A DNA stretch of 64,000 nt from positions 796 to 64,795 of the forward strand of contig JAZDIP010000106.1 in the NCBI GenBank assembly GCA_043804925.1, read 5' to 3'. The translations under genes and the position numbers were made by a program. Shown in pieces: positions 29,301-37,964 of this stretch. This DNA comes from a bacterium. GTDB taxonomy: Bacteria; Bacteroidota; Ignavibacteria; Kapaibacteriales; UBA2268. Positions within the stretch are counted from its first letter, which is position 1, and every line of letters starts with the position of its first letter. The notes beneath the pieces are model-generated. The model was not told where the DNA came from and made no database searches. It saw only the letters and a program-made list of their open reading frames with translations.

Positions 29301-29991
29301 AACCGTTTAAATATGTAAGCTGTTCACAACTTCTAACAAGAATCTCCCAGTTTTGAGTTTCCTGTACAATAGGATAATCAACATGCCGGGCAATTACAGT
29401 TACGTTATATAATCCTATATTTGCCGGTGTCCATGTAAGTGTCCCGCTGCTTGCTTCGATTGACATACCCGGGACAGAAGGTTCCATTAATGAAAAAGTA
29501 ACTGAACCTGCATCTGAGGCAACAGCATCAACGTCATAGCTGTATAATGCGGAAACTATACCATTTAATTCTGTTTCACCGGGAGTGGTTGTAAAAGTTA
29601 TCGTCGGTCCTGCGAGAAAATGCATGTATTCCGAAGCAGGTCCCTCTCCTATTATATTTTGCCCGGTAACGTAAACAGAATAATTATCAACAACTGTAAA
29701 TGTGTGAGAATAACTGTAAACAGTCATTTCGTCACCATCACGAGTTATGGTACTGCTCAAAGAAAAATCTCCGGTGTCTTCGGTATTTCCGGTAGCAAGA
29801 TAGATATTAAACTTGTCGGTCAAAGCGAAGTCAGAATCATTTTGCCATGTAAGAAGAAGAACATAGTTACTGCCATCATAGTTGATAACAGTATTCAGGT
29901 TTATTGGTGCCGTTGGCAATTGCGACCACAAATTAGCTGAACAAAAAAATGCACTCAAGAAAACAATTCCTAAAAGTAAATTCTTAGCCAT
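26323..29991 (-). CDS. Large secreted surface protein with carboxypeptidase-regulatory-like beta-sandwich repeats and T9SS C-terminal sorting domain
   Basis: 1222 aa with signal peptide. Multiple about 80-aa repeats of the type G-x-V-x-D...P-x-x-A-x-V...D-x-x-G-x-F. C-terminal ...LTSGAYYIRITSGMKTYTMPFIKVR. Confidence 0.8.
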   Translation of the reverse strand: MAKNLLLGIVFLSAFFCSANLWSQLPTAPINLNTVINYDGSNYVLLLTWQNDSDFALTDKFNIYLATGNTEDTGDFSLSSTITRDGDEMTVYSYSHTFTVVDNYSVYVTGQNIIGEGPASEYMHFLAGPTITFTTTPGETELNGIVSALYSYDVDAVASDAGSVTFSLMEPSVPGMSIEASSGTLTWTPANIGLYNVTVIARHVDYPIVQETQNWEILVRSCEQLTYLNGYVNNQNDEPVSGANITVKSLFPIDTTVYYYATTDETGYFSIEVLEGAYVVYVSGDNLISEWYANQDFEFDANIVEIACGQTQNIEIDVETYELHTVSGYISEESTGYPVYPGTVEVIELYLNKINNIYTVSTANDGFYSIELNNRYHYKIIAYDDYNPKKFIPMYYNNSYDYLESEYLVIENEDIENLNFVLKEYPVSLNAINGKVRDNMGTGVKAMLILYKHQETSGVRTIESDDNGNFTFRNLESGKYIVRAIPYGNYTSGFYHITEEVVPHWFDATLINVDENTEFINHLMVVRATTYPDGEYNIYGGVFINNNVIDLKNEKTQADESIQGAVVYLLNSKNAIVSIQTTNQHGGFSFRDIASDHYTIKVDKIGYQYYTSDDVYVNEIDRTKVVAIYLDRHSHTNPTISFKSTPTTKANVGQLYSYDAEAITNSIDTVLFELAEAPVGMIVGKSSGLINWTPESSGTFSVTLEAYLKNNPAVNIQQSWKIDVLEGSGTAYLSVLVKQGSVIYPDATLNLYPTDFSSTFTLSTDAEAKALFAVPGGDYYLHLMGELFQDCWYNNKTDFADAEKLSLTAGDTLDITAMVTDKIIKYKISGVVTNDNSATIEDASVHFILETGEIRTVFTDADGNFSFEIGKDTAFRAFAVKDGQYSAQFYPSLYDFAEAPLMKNINKNDFDFELEQLPKSTVNIEGAILDESALPIPAVVVAYKIEEAEGSDALKYSVDYVNSTVATDGNYNLVVPISSNYIVRAYPADLNYYPAYYSEEAEPVYSWRKTNIIEASGGLIEDIYIKTEKVTPTSGAGKISGTVEMIIFNMMSVSYTQMLPLGVTVFASDQAGKICKYTYTYDSQNGYYSLSNLGLNQWKIAAEKVGLADINAERTITLTQSEPSYVDIMLYYSFGSSVDEDAEKIISLYPNPVGSIINISFKQANIFNSTITILDNLGYERMSFDSNAENVSFEVSSLTSGAYYIRITSGMKTYTMPFIKVR

Positions 29992-30283
29992 TTTTAAACT
30001 CCTTAATTTATATTATTCAAATTATTAGCAAATAGATTATCCGAACAATAACTAATTTAATGAAGTTTTTCCATTTAAAAAAGTTTCCTTTAGTTTTTGT
30101 ATTATTTTTTATAATTTATTGTTTAAAAAGAAAAATAATTTTAACAATTCATTTTAAATAAGCTATATACTGAAAAGATATTCGTTTTGTCAATTTTTAA
30201 TATTTCTAAAATCATTTTATTTATTAAATTTTAATTTTTTAATTTGTTTTTTAAAATTATGAAAAATATTAAAAATTTTTACT

Positions 30284-31405
30284 ATGAACGTAAACGGACA
30301 TCATTACAGGACAATTTGGGAAGAAGACAATAATCAACTTGAGCTTCGCATTATTGACCAGAGACTACTACCTCACAAATTTGAAACGGTTTTGCTATCA
30401 AATCCCGAAATGTTTATTACTGCAATTAAAGATATGTGGGTAAGAGGTGCTCCCCTTATTGGTGTAACAGCTGCTTACGCTATGTATCAGGCATCTATTG
30501 AAACTCCAAATGTTAAGGACTTCAGAAATTATATTCTTGGGTTTGCACAAAAACTAAAAAACGCAAGACCAACTGCTGTTAATCTCGAATGGGCAGTTAA
30601 CATACAAATGAATATCATTGAAAAACACATAGACACCGATGAATGCAGTAAACAGTTATTAATCTCAGCAAGAAAAATCGCTGAAGATGATGTTCATAAT
30701 TGCAGGAAAATTGGGGAATTTGGTTTTCAAATAATCAAAGAAATTGCAGACAAAAAAGCTAAGAGTGAAGAAGACAAAACAGTCAATATTCTTACTCATT
30801 GCAATGCCGGATGGCTGGCAACGGTTGATTGGGGAACAGCAACAGCTCCAATCTATTTTGCTCACAAAGAAGGAATTAAAATTCATGTTTGGGTGGACGA
30901 AACACGACCGAGAAATCAGGGGGCTAAGCTTACATCATGGGAGTTAAACAACGAAGGAATTCCAAATACCATTATTGTTGATAATGCCGGCGGGCACCTT
31001 ATGCAGAAGGGTCTTGTTGACTTGGTCATTGTAGGTAGTGACCGAACAACTTTTACAGGAGATGTTGCAAATAAAATTGGTACTTATCTAAAGGCACTTG
31101 CAGCAAAAGATAATAATGTTCCTTTTTATGTGGCATTACCTTCTTCAACGATTGATTTTGAAATCGAGAATGGTATAAACGAAATATTAATAGAGGAGAG
31201 AAATCCTGATGAAGTTCTTTTTATTGACGGTTTGTGTGATGGAGAAATTAAGAATGTTTTAATTCCACCCGTTGACAGCAAAGCTTCGAACTTTGCTTTT
31301 GACATAACACCGGCACGTCTCGTTACAGGTTTGATTACCGAAAGAGGAATTTGCAAAGCAGACAAAAAGAGTATCCTGAATTTATTTCCTGAAAGAAAAA
31401 AATGA
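30284..31405 (+). CDS. mtnA: S-methyl-5-thioribose-1-phosphate isomerase
   Basis: 373 aa, eIF-2B/MtnA family (GAPLIGVTAAYAMY, the HCNAG...region, VGSDR). Confidence 0.9.
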   Translation: MNVNGHHYRTIWEEDNNQLELRIIDQRLLPHKFETVLLSNPEMFITAIKDMWVRGAPLIGVTAAYAMYQASIETPNVKDFRNYILGFAQKLKNARPTAVNLEWAVNIQMNIIEKHIDTDECSKQLLISARKIAEDDVHNCRKIGEFGFQIIKEIADKKAKSEEDKTVNILTHCNAGWLATVDWGTATAPIYFAHKEGIKIHVWVDETRPRNQGAKLTSWELNNEGIPNTIIVDNAGGHLMQKGLVDLVIVGSDRTTFTGDVANKIGTYLKALAAKDNNVPFYVALPSSTIDFEIENGINEILIEERNPDEVLFIDGLCDGEIKNVLIPPVDSKASNFAFDITPARLVTGLITERGICKADKKSILNLFPERKK

Positions 31406-32091
31406 GCAGAAATAAAAATAGTAATCCTGTTCCTGAAGAAGTCAGTCATCCTGAGCTTGTCGATGGATGTAATCCCGCCGAAGGATATACAAAATTCAGT
31501 TGCCATTTCATTGAAAGAGATTGCATTGATAATGCGGAAATTGAAGAATTGATTTATTGGAGGAAAAAGCTCCATGTTCATGGTTTTATCGGCATGGGAA
31601 AAGATAATATATCATTTGGGAATATTAGTAAAAGAATAAGTGAACGGGAATTCATCATAAGCGGTACCAATACTGGAAAACCAAGAATTACGAATAAGGA
31701 ACATTATTCTAAAGTTAGGGGCTGGAATATCTTAGAAAATTTTGTTGCATGTACGGGTTTAATTCCTGCTTCTTCTGAAACATTATCTCATGCGGCTATC
31801 TACGAAAAACTGGATTTTATTAATGCCGTAATTCATTTACACGACAATTTAATATGGGAAAAATACCGTCATTTACTTCCTACAACAGCCGATAATGCAG
31901 CTTATGGCACTGTCAAAATAGCGATTGAAATCAAAAAAATATTGTCAAACGAAACAGCATCGAAAAAAGGAATAATTATTCTTGGAGGCCATCGTGATGG
32001 AATTCTTGTGTTTGGACAATCTCTCGAAGAAGCATATAATATTCTCACATCTATTTTTAATGATAACAAATTATTGCGGAAAAGTATATGA
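31402..32091 (+). CDS. mtnB: Class II aldolase/adducin family protein, probable methylthioribulose-1-phosphate dehydratase
   Basis: ATGA overlap with the mtnA stop. Class II aldolase motifs (SGTNTG, PASSETLSHAAIY, HLHD). An N-terminal extension contains a REP-like palindrome, so the true start is uncertain. Confidence 0.7.
   Translation: MSRNKNSNPVPEEVSHPELVDGCNPAEGYTKFSCHFIERDCIDNAEIEELIYWRKKLHVHGFIGMGKDNISFGNISKRISEREFIISGTNTGKPRITNKEHYSKVRGWNILENFVACTGLIPASSETLSHAAIYEKLDFINAVIHLHDNLIWEKYRHLLPTTADNAAYGTVKIAIEIKKILSNETASKKGIIILGGHRDGILVFGQSLEEAYNILTSIFNDNKLLRKSI
31441..31466. repeat. REP-like palindromic element copy (TCATCCTGAGCTTGTCGATGGATG) embedded in 5' end of mtnB-like ORF
   Basis: Same core as the copies at 42361 and 43163. 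Confidence 0.5.
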
Positions 32092-32843
32092 AAAAAATTA
32101 AGATTAAAATTAAAGGAATAGACAGAGACTTAGCGGCACAACTTGATGTTCCTGATTCAATGGAATTCGAATCAACAGCCATATTTGCACATTGCTTTAC
32201 CTGTACAAAGGATTTAAAATCAATAACCAATATAAGTGAAGGATTAAACTCAGGAAGGATTGCAGTTTTAAGGTTCGATTTCACAGGACTGGGAGGTAGT
32301 ACAGGCGATTTTTCAAAATCAAGTTTCGCAACTAATATTGAGGATTTAATCCATGCATCAAAATTTCTTGAGGAAAACTACCAAGCAACGGAACTGCTAA
32401 TCGGTCATTCCCTTGGTGGTGCGGCAGTAATTCAAGTAGCAGATAAAATTTCTTCAGTAAAAGCTGTAGCAACTATTGCGGCTCCGTATTATCCTGAACA
32501 TCTGGAAAATATTATAAATATATCTAAAAGAAAATCCAAAGGAAACGAAAAAGTTAAGGTCACTATAGCAGGAAGACAATTCGAAATTTCAAATGAATTT
32601 TATCATGATTTGGATGAAAAAACAATGAAGCAAAAAATACAAAATTTAAACAAACCGCTTTGTATTTTGCACTCACCTCTCGATGAAATTGTTGGGATAG
32701 AGCATGCAACAAAAATCTTCGTTACCGCAAAACATCCAAAAAGTTTTATATCGCTGAACAAAGCAGACCACTTATTGCTTAATCCGGATGATTCAAAATA
32801 TGCAGGCAGAGTTATTGCAGAATGGGCTTCACTATATATTTGA
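32088..32843 (+). CDS. Alpha/beta-fold hydrolase
   Basis: GHSLGG nucleophile elbow with Asp and His downstream. ATGA overlap with the previous gene puts it in the mtnA operon. Confidence 0.75.
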   Translation: MKKIKIKIKGIDRDLAAQLDVPDSMEFESTAIFAHCFTCTKDLKSITNISEGLNSGRIAVLRFDFTGLGGSTGDFSKSSFATNIEDLIHASKFLEENYQATELLIGHSLGGAAVIQVADKISSVKAVATIAAPYYPEHLENIINISKRKSKGNEKVKVTIAGRQFEISNEFYHDLDEKTMKQKIQNLNKPLCILHSPLDEIVGIEHATKIFVTAKHPKSFISLNKADHLLLNPDDSKYAGRVIAEWASLYI

Positions 32844-32941
32844 TTAAAAGCTAAATCTCGAAATGAAGAAAACCGCCTTTGACTGATTCTACGGAACTCC
32901 CGGTTCGGCACTTTTTGAACTCTCTCTTATTATAGCAATAT

Positions 32942-34051
32942 TTATTTCAGTTTTCTTGTCATATTATAAAATATTTGTTCGTCTTCGTTAAAATCAAACA
33001 TTCTTGGAGATTTATCATTAGGATTTAGTTCTTTTAGGTCAATATACCTGATATCTAAATTATCATAAGTTCGATAATAGAATATACTATTTGTCAAATC
33101 TTTAAAAGTAGACCATTGTGTTGTCTCATCCGCGGATTCTCCGGCACCTTCAGGTTTAGAATCAGTTATCATACCTTTAAATATATCGAAATCATTAGTA
33201 ATATGTAAGGCAAGATTCAATGCAGCTTTTGCATTTTTTGGCTTATGAGCGTATTGAGTAAAAAAAACAAGTCTTACAAATCTACTTGGAGGAGAAAAAT
33301 CTCCCGGTAATCCGAACATTCCGGAACCATTACCGGTTGTCCCAAAGTCAATTCCACTGAATTTTTTCTCATCTAATTTATTTGGACTTATTCCAATATA
33401 CTGTCGTAGGTTAGTTATATGCCATGGGAAATTCGGTGAGTTTGTAAAAACTCCAAGTGGATTATCATATATATTTTTAATTCCATTTTCAACTTCTATG
33501 ACAATACAACCTCCTTTTTTGTCATAAACAATGTAATGAAATGGTGGAACGAAACCTAATTCGGGTATAAAATCACCATATATGGTCATGTTTTTTATTG
33601 CATTTTTGACCTCTTCTACGTTGGAAAAATTTCCTAGTAGCCAGCTTACTAAGTAAGCATGTCCAATTGATTTGGGAGTATCGTTTTTTTCAACTAATTG
33701 GTACTTGTTGTTTTTTTCAAACCATAAGGCACTGACTGCAAGTCCGGCTTCGTTCATCCCCTCATTTAATGCTTCAAACTGGTTGAATGAATTAACACCA
33801 ACATAGCAATATTTTGTTTTCCATTTTAGACTTTCGGTATTATCGGATTTATAACTAATGATTTCATAGTTCCGTGGGATATAAACGATATTAAAGTCTA
33901 AATCGAGACGGAATTCCATGGTTCGTCCAACGATTATACAACCATCTTCTGCAGCTATTCTGAACGACATACAACTCTTAACTTCAACATTGATAATCAA
34001 CAAAAGGGCTGATAGTAGCAATAAAACAGATAAGAATTTTTTAGTTTTCAT
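32942..34051 (-). CDS. Choloylglycine hydrolase/penicillin V acylase family (Ntn) linear amide C-N hydrolase
   Basis: Signal peptide followed directly by Cys (…VKSC-MSFRI) as the N-terminal nucleophile. The length and NEAGL/beta-sandwich pattern are typical of the family. Confidence 0.6.
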   Translation of the reverse strand: MKTKKFLSVLLLLSALLLIINVEVKSCMSFRIAAEDGCIIVGRTMEFRLDLDFNIVYIPRNYEIISYKSDNTESLKWKTKYCYVGVNSFNQFEALNEGMNEAGLAVSALWFEKNNKYQLVEKNDTPKSIGHAYLVSWLLGNFSNVEEVKNAIKNMTIYGDFIPELGFVPPFHYIVYDKKGGCIVIEVENGIKNIYDNPLGVFTNSPNFPWHITNLRQYIGISPNKLDEKKFSGIDFGTTGNGSGMFGLPGDFSPPSRFVRLVFFTQYAHKPKNAKAALNLALHITNDFDIFKGMITDSKPEGAGESADETTQWSTFKDLTNSIFYYRTYDNLDIRYIDLKELNPNDKSPRMFDFNEDEQIFYNMTRKLK

Positions 34052-34263
34052 GATATATCCCTTTATTTTTAAATAAAAATCTTCAAATCAAAATATTAAA
34101 ATACATAATAATATGAAGTTCTTTAGATAATAATATCTTTCATGTTAATTTACAAAATATTCAATAGAAATTAATTTGTAAATTAATAAATTTAAAAAAC
34201 TCACATCCCATATCAATTATGAAATGCAAGATTTTAATAACAATATAACTTTTAATATAATGA

Positions 34264-35469
34264 TTACCTTCCGGTAATAGTTTTATTCCATGTTTTACTG
34301 ACTGCTTGCAAGCAACTTGCATCTAATGTAACAGAAAATCTAATTGAAGGATTTATGTCATCTAATGTTCCAATATTTGAAACTTTACTAATATCAACAT
34401 GACCATTTGCTGACCAGGGCCAAAGAGTATATACATTTAAAAATGTTACCCCTGCTTCTGAAATGAAATCTCCTTTCGGATCATCATGTTTACAGTTATG
34501 ATGGCCTTCAATTTTAAAAGAAATATCGACTAGATGTATAGTATATATATCCGTCAGGAGCCATCTATATTTTTTTGTAGAAAAACTTTTACATGAGTAA
34601 TAATTAGCCCAGTCTTTATCAGTTTTAAGGAGAACACTTGTAGATGTATTTTTTGTTTTTGTTTCCGGTTTATTAAACGACAATATAGCCCATACAGCTC
34701 TAGTTAGATACAATAAGGGATTAGCCTGGATTTTTTCATTATTTTTCTTATTTATTACTCCACCGGTTTGAATGAAGAAATCATTAATAGTCAAACCATC
34801 CATTTCAACAATTTGATAATATAACTCATATAGATCTTTAAAGCTTATATTGTTTTTGCCAATATTAGTGAAGTAAGTATATCTTGTAATACCCGAGTTA
34901 TCTAAGGCAATAAGAAACTCATCAAAATTCATTTCTATTTTTTCCAGGAAATGATAAAACTCATATACTTCTTGATTATCCTCGATTACATTATCAACAG
35001 AGACTCTGATTAATTCAATAAATTCCATAAACTCGGAAATAGTCATATTTGATTGTTGGAAAAGTTGAAGAAAAATATGTGCGTTTATACCATATTTATC
35101 TAAAATATAAATATATTCTTTACCATTAACTCCTTCCTCTTCGACACCATCAATATATGAATCCCACGTTTCCTGAAGAAATGATCTAACATCATTTTCT
35201 TTAGCATATTCAATTTCTTCAATTTCATCGCTGTATACTTTAAACGATTTATTGACTAATATTGGAATAGGTTCAATCGTTGTTCCAATATTTATGACTG
35301 TATCTATTGATTGAGACAATAGAATGTCATCATAATACTGACTGGAAATATAGCCATTCCCTACAGTAAGCTGGCGAGGCTGTGATTTACCATTTGTATT
35401 ATTATTTGTAGTGTCTTCATTACACGAAAAGATAAACACTAAAGTGAAAAGAAAATATAAATATTTCAT
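34264..35469 (-). CDS. Hypothetical lipoprotein
   Basis: Lipobox LVFIFSC. No recognised domains. Confidence 0.55.
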   Translation of the reverse strand: MKYLYFLFTLVFIFSCNEDTTNNNTNGKSQPRQLTVGNGYISSQYYDDILLSQSIDTVINIGTTIEPIPILVNKSFKVYSDEIEEIEYAKENDVRSFLQETWDSYIDGVEEEGVNGKEYIYILDKYGINAHIFLQLFQQSNMTISEFMEFIELIRVSVDNVIEDNQEVYEFYHFLEKIEMNFDEFLIALDNSGITRYTYFTNIGKNNISFKDLYELYYQIVEMDGLTINDFFIQTGGVINKKNNEKIQANPLLYLTRAVWAILSFNKPETKTKNTSTSVLLKTDKDWANYYSCKSFSTKKYRWLLTDIYTIHLVDISFKIEGHHNCKHDDPKGDFISEAGVTFLNVYTLWPWSANGHVDISKVSNIGTLDDINPSIRFSVTLDASCLQAVSKTWNKTITGR

Positions 35470-35610
35470 AAAACTCCTTTTTGAAACAATGAAAAAAATT
35501 TATTTATTTTGTAAATATTCTTATTTGTCATTATTTTGTTTGGCAAATTACAAAATTTATTAAAAAAAATATTATATTTTCTTCAAGTTATGTACTACAT
35601 ACTATTTTGA

Positions 35611-35820
35611 CTTAGAATTTTGGATTTGGTAACTAAATATAGATTGCTTTTTTTTTTGATAAGTTAGTGGTGCAGTTTTGAACATTTGCATCTTACATTG
35701 ATATATAGCGTTAGGATGTATGCTATACTTTTCAGCAAGTCGCCTACTGATTGATGATTCTCTAAATGTTCCCGTAGAATAATAGTTTTTTCCTAAAACG
35801 AATATCTCTTTTTTCTCATT
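35611..35820 (-). pseudogene. IS3-family transposase orfA (HTH) remnant, frameshifted
   Basis: Minus-strand ATG encodes MRKKRYS, then stops. The adjacent frame encodes ...FRESSISRRLAEKYSIHPNAIYQCKMQ (an IHPN-LY-W/CK-Q HTH_Tnp_1-like motif). No orfB is present. Confidence 0.45.
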
Positions 35821-35892
35821 ATTTGTAAACCTTCAAAATAATTTAAATTAATCATTATTTTTTCCGGTTCTATCTGGTTCATTATAAAACAA

Positions 35893-36921
35893 TTAACAAT
35901 TACCCAGCATCTTCTCTACTTCTTCAATAACCATTGCCTTTGCTTCTTCCATTGGCATATTAAACAGTCTGGCACCTGCCGCATGCTGGTGACCTCCGCC
36001 ATTAAATTTGACAGCTACATCTCTTATATTGATATCTCCTTTTGAACGGAAGGATATACGGATTTCCTCACTTTCGAGCATTTGTGAAAACAAAATACCA
36101 ACTTGGGTACCCTGAATAGTTAATGATTGTTCCACAATATCTTCAACATCTTCGTTAGATGCACCTGCTCTGTTAAAATGCTCTTTTGTCAAAGTCATAA
36201 CACACAATTTACCATCAAGTAACATTTCAAGCCCGGCAAATGCTTCACCTAATAGTTTTATTACTCTTGGCGGACGAGTGCTGTAAATCTTTTCGAAAAG
36301 CATTACCGGGTCGGCTCCGCAATCAATCAAATCGGCAATTATACGATGAATATTTCCATCCGTTCTCGGAAATCTGAATGTCCCGGTATCTGTCATTATT
36401 GCCGAATACAAACATTCGGAAATCGTTTTATCTAATTGAAATTCATTATTGGATTTTATAAGATAATATACAAGTTCACCGGCAGAAGTAGCGTTATCAT
36501 CAACCAAATAAATATCTGCAAATTCTTTGGGATTAATATGATGGTCAATAACAATCTTCCTGGCTTTTGATTTCTTAATAATCTCAGCCGGGCTTTTAGT
36601 TCTGTCAATATCATTCAAATCAATAACAAAAATTGCATCAGATGCTAAAATATAATCTTCTGATAAATTCTGATTATTATCAAATGTTTGAATATTATCC
36701 GCATTAGATAGAAACTGAAAATTATATGGTACAGAACTATGAATAATAATCCGGCATTCTTTGCCAAGCGAACAAAGATAGTGATAAAATGCCAGGGTAG
36801 AACCAATTGCATCGCCGTCAGGATTTACATGTGTCGTTATTGTTATTCGTTTCGCTTCATCAACAACATGGTGAATTTGCTCGAATAATTTCTTTGTATT
36901 TTCAGTAATATTTACACTCAT
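35893..36921 (-). CDS. nrnA: Bifunctional oligoribonuclease/pAp phosphatase NrnA (DHH-DHHA1)
   Basis: DHH motifs (HVNPDGDAIGS, IVIDHH) and a C-terminal DHHA1 domain (GGGHQHAAG). Confidence 0.85.
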   Translation of the reverse strand: MSVNITENTKKLFEQIHHVVDEAKRITITTHVNPDGDAIGSTLAFYHYLCSLGKECRIIIHSSVPYNFQFLSNADNIQTFDNNQNLSEDYILASDAIFVIDLNDIDRTKSPAEIIKKSKARKIVIDHHINPKEFADIYLVDDNATSAGELVYYLIKSNNEFQLDKTISECLYSAIMTDTGTFRFPRTDGNIHRIIADLIDCGADPVMLFEKIYSTRPPRVIKLLGEAFAGLEMLLDGKLCVMTLTKEHFNRAGASNEDVEDIVEQSLTIQGTQVGILFSQMLESEEIRISFRSKGDINIRDVAVKFNGGGHQHAAGARLFNMPMEEAKAMVIEEVEKMLGNC

Positions 36922-37147
36922 TGTATTTCAAATTTAATTTTCACAAAACAATAAACTACAAATATACCTATTATTTTCTATCTGATTAGTGCTGGAAATA
37001 AAAGGTTTAAAGCTGAGGTTTTTAATTATTTGTATTTTTTTTAATACTTTAGATTGGTTATTCGATAGTTGTCAGCCAAGTCCTTTATACTTTAAAATTT
37101 TATTCTTAATTTTGTAGAAAGATAAGTGATATTTATTTTCTGATAGT

Positions 37148-37948
37148 ATGTATCGAATTTTAATTTTTATATATTTATTAATTCTCAACTTTTTAATAAG
37201 TTGTGAAAACAACAGCGAACCGATTGATGATTCGGAAAATAAGTTTTTCCCCCTCAAAATTGGCAACTATTGGATATACAACAGCTATGAAAAAGACTTT
37301 AATAATAATATAATCAGTTCCACTCAAACTGAAGATTCTGTTGTAATAGAATTTTCCGAAAATATCCTTGGTGAGATTGCTTTCTACTTTGTCAAATACA
37401 GGAACGGAAAAGTCAACGACACATTGATTTTTGCATACAGCGGGCAGAATATTTACCGGTTATTCGATTCAAACTCGATACCAATACCAAATATGATTCG
37501 TACATGGTTTCCGGTAATAAATTTTCAAACCGCTAAAAACATAACATACAATGTCTATAAAAAACTGATAAATAATTACCTCTATTTTGAAGATAATATA
37601 GTATATACAGCTAACTACTGGCATACAATCAACGGAGAATACACTTATAATGATTCTATTGATTTTGAAAACAGCAAGCTGGCTACTAAGAAATTCTCAA
37701 ACAAATATGACAGTAAGCTGGAATACAAAAAAGTCAGGAAACTAACTGAAACCAGCTATGACACTCTTTTGGTTAACCGGCTGATGAAGTATTACGACAA
37801 ATACCAGTTGGTTGAAGGAATAGGATTATTCAAATTACAAAGAGATTCCTATACTATCAACACAATGACCGAACCCTCATCAACATTCGAAAAAGTTGAA
37901 TATGTCAAAGGATTTGAGAGTTTGCTTAAAAGATATAAGTTGAAATAA
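37148..37948 (+). CDS. Hypothetical lipoprotein
   Basis: Lipobox LNFLISC. No recognised domains. Confidence 0.5.
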   Translation: MYRILIFIYLLILNFLISCENNSEPIDDSENKFFPLKIGNYWIYNSYEKDFNNNIISSTQTEDSVVIEFSENILGEIAFYFVKYRNGKVNDTLIFAYSGQNIYRLFDSNSIPIPNMIRTWFPVINFQTAKNITYNVYKKLINNYLYFEDNIVYTANYWHTINGEYTYNDSIDFENSKLATKKFSNKYDSKLEYKKVRKLTETSYDTLLVNRLMKYYDKYQLVEGIGLFKLQRDSYTINTMTEPSSTFEKVEYVKGFESLLKRYKLK

Positions 37949-37964
37949 AATAATTTGCATCCAA

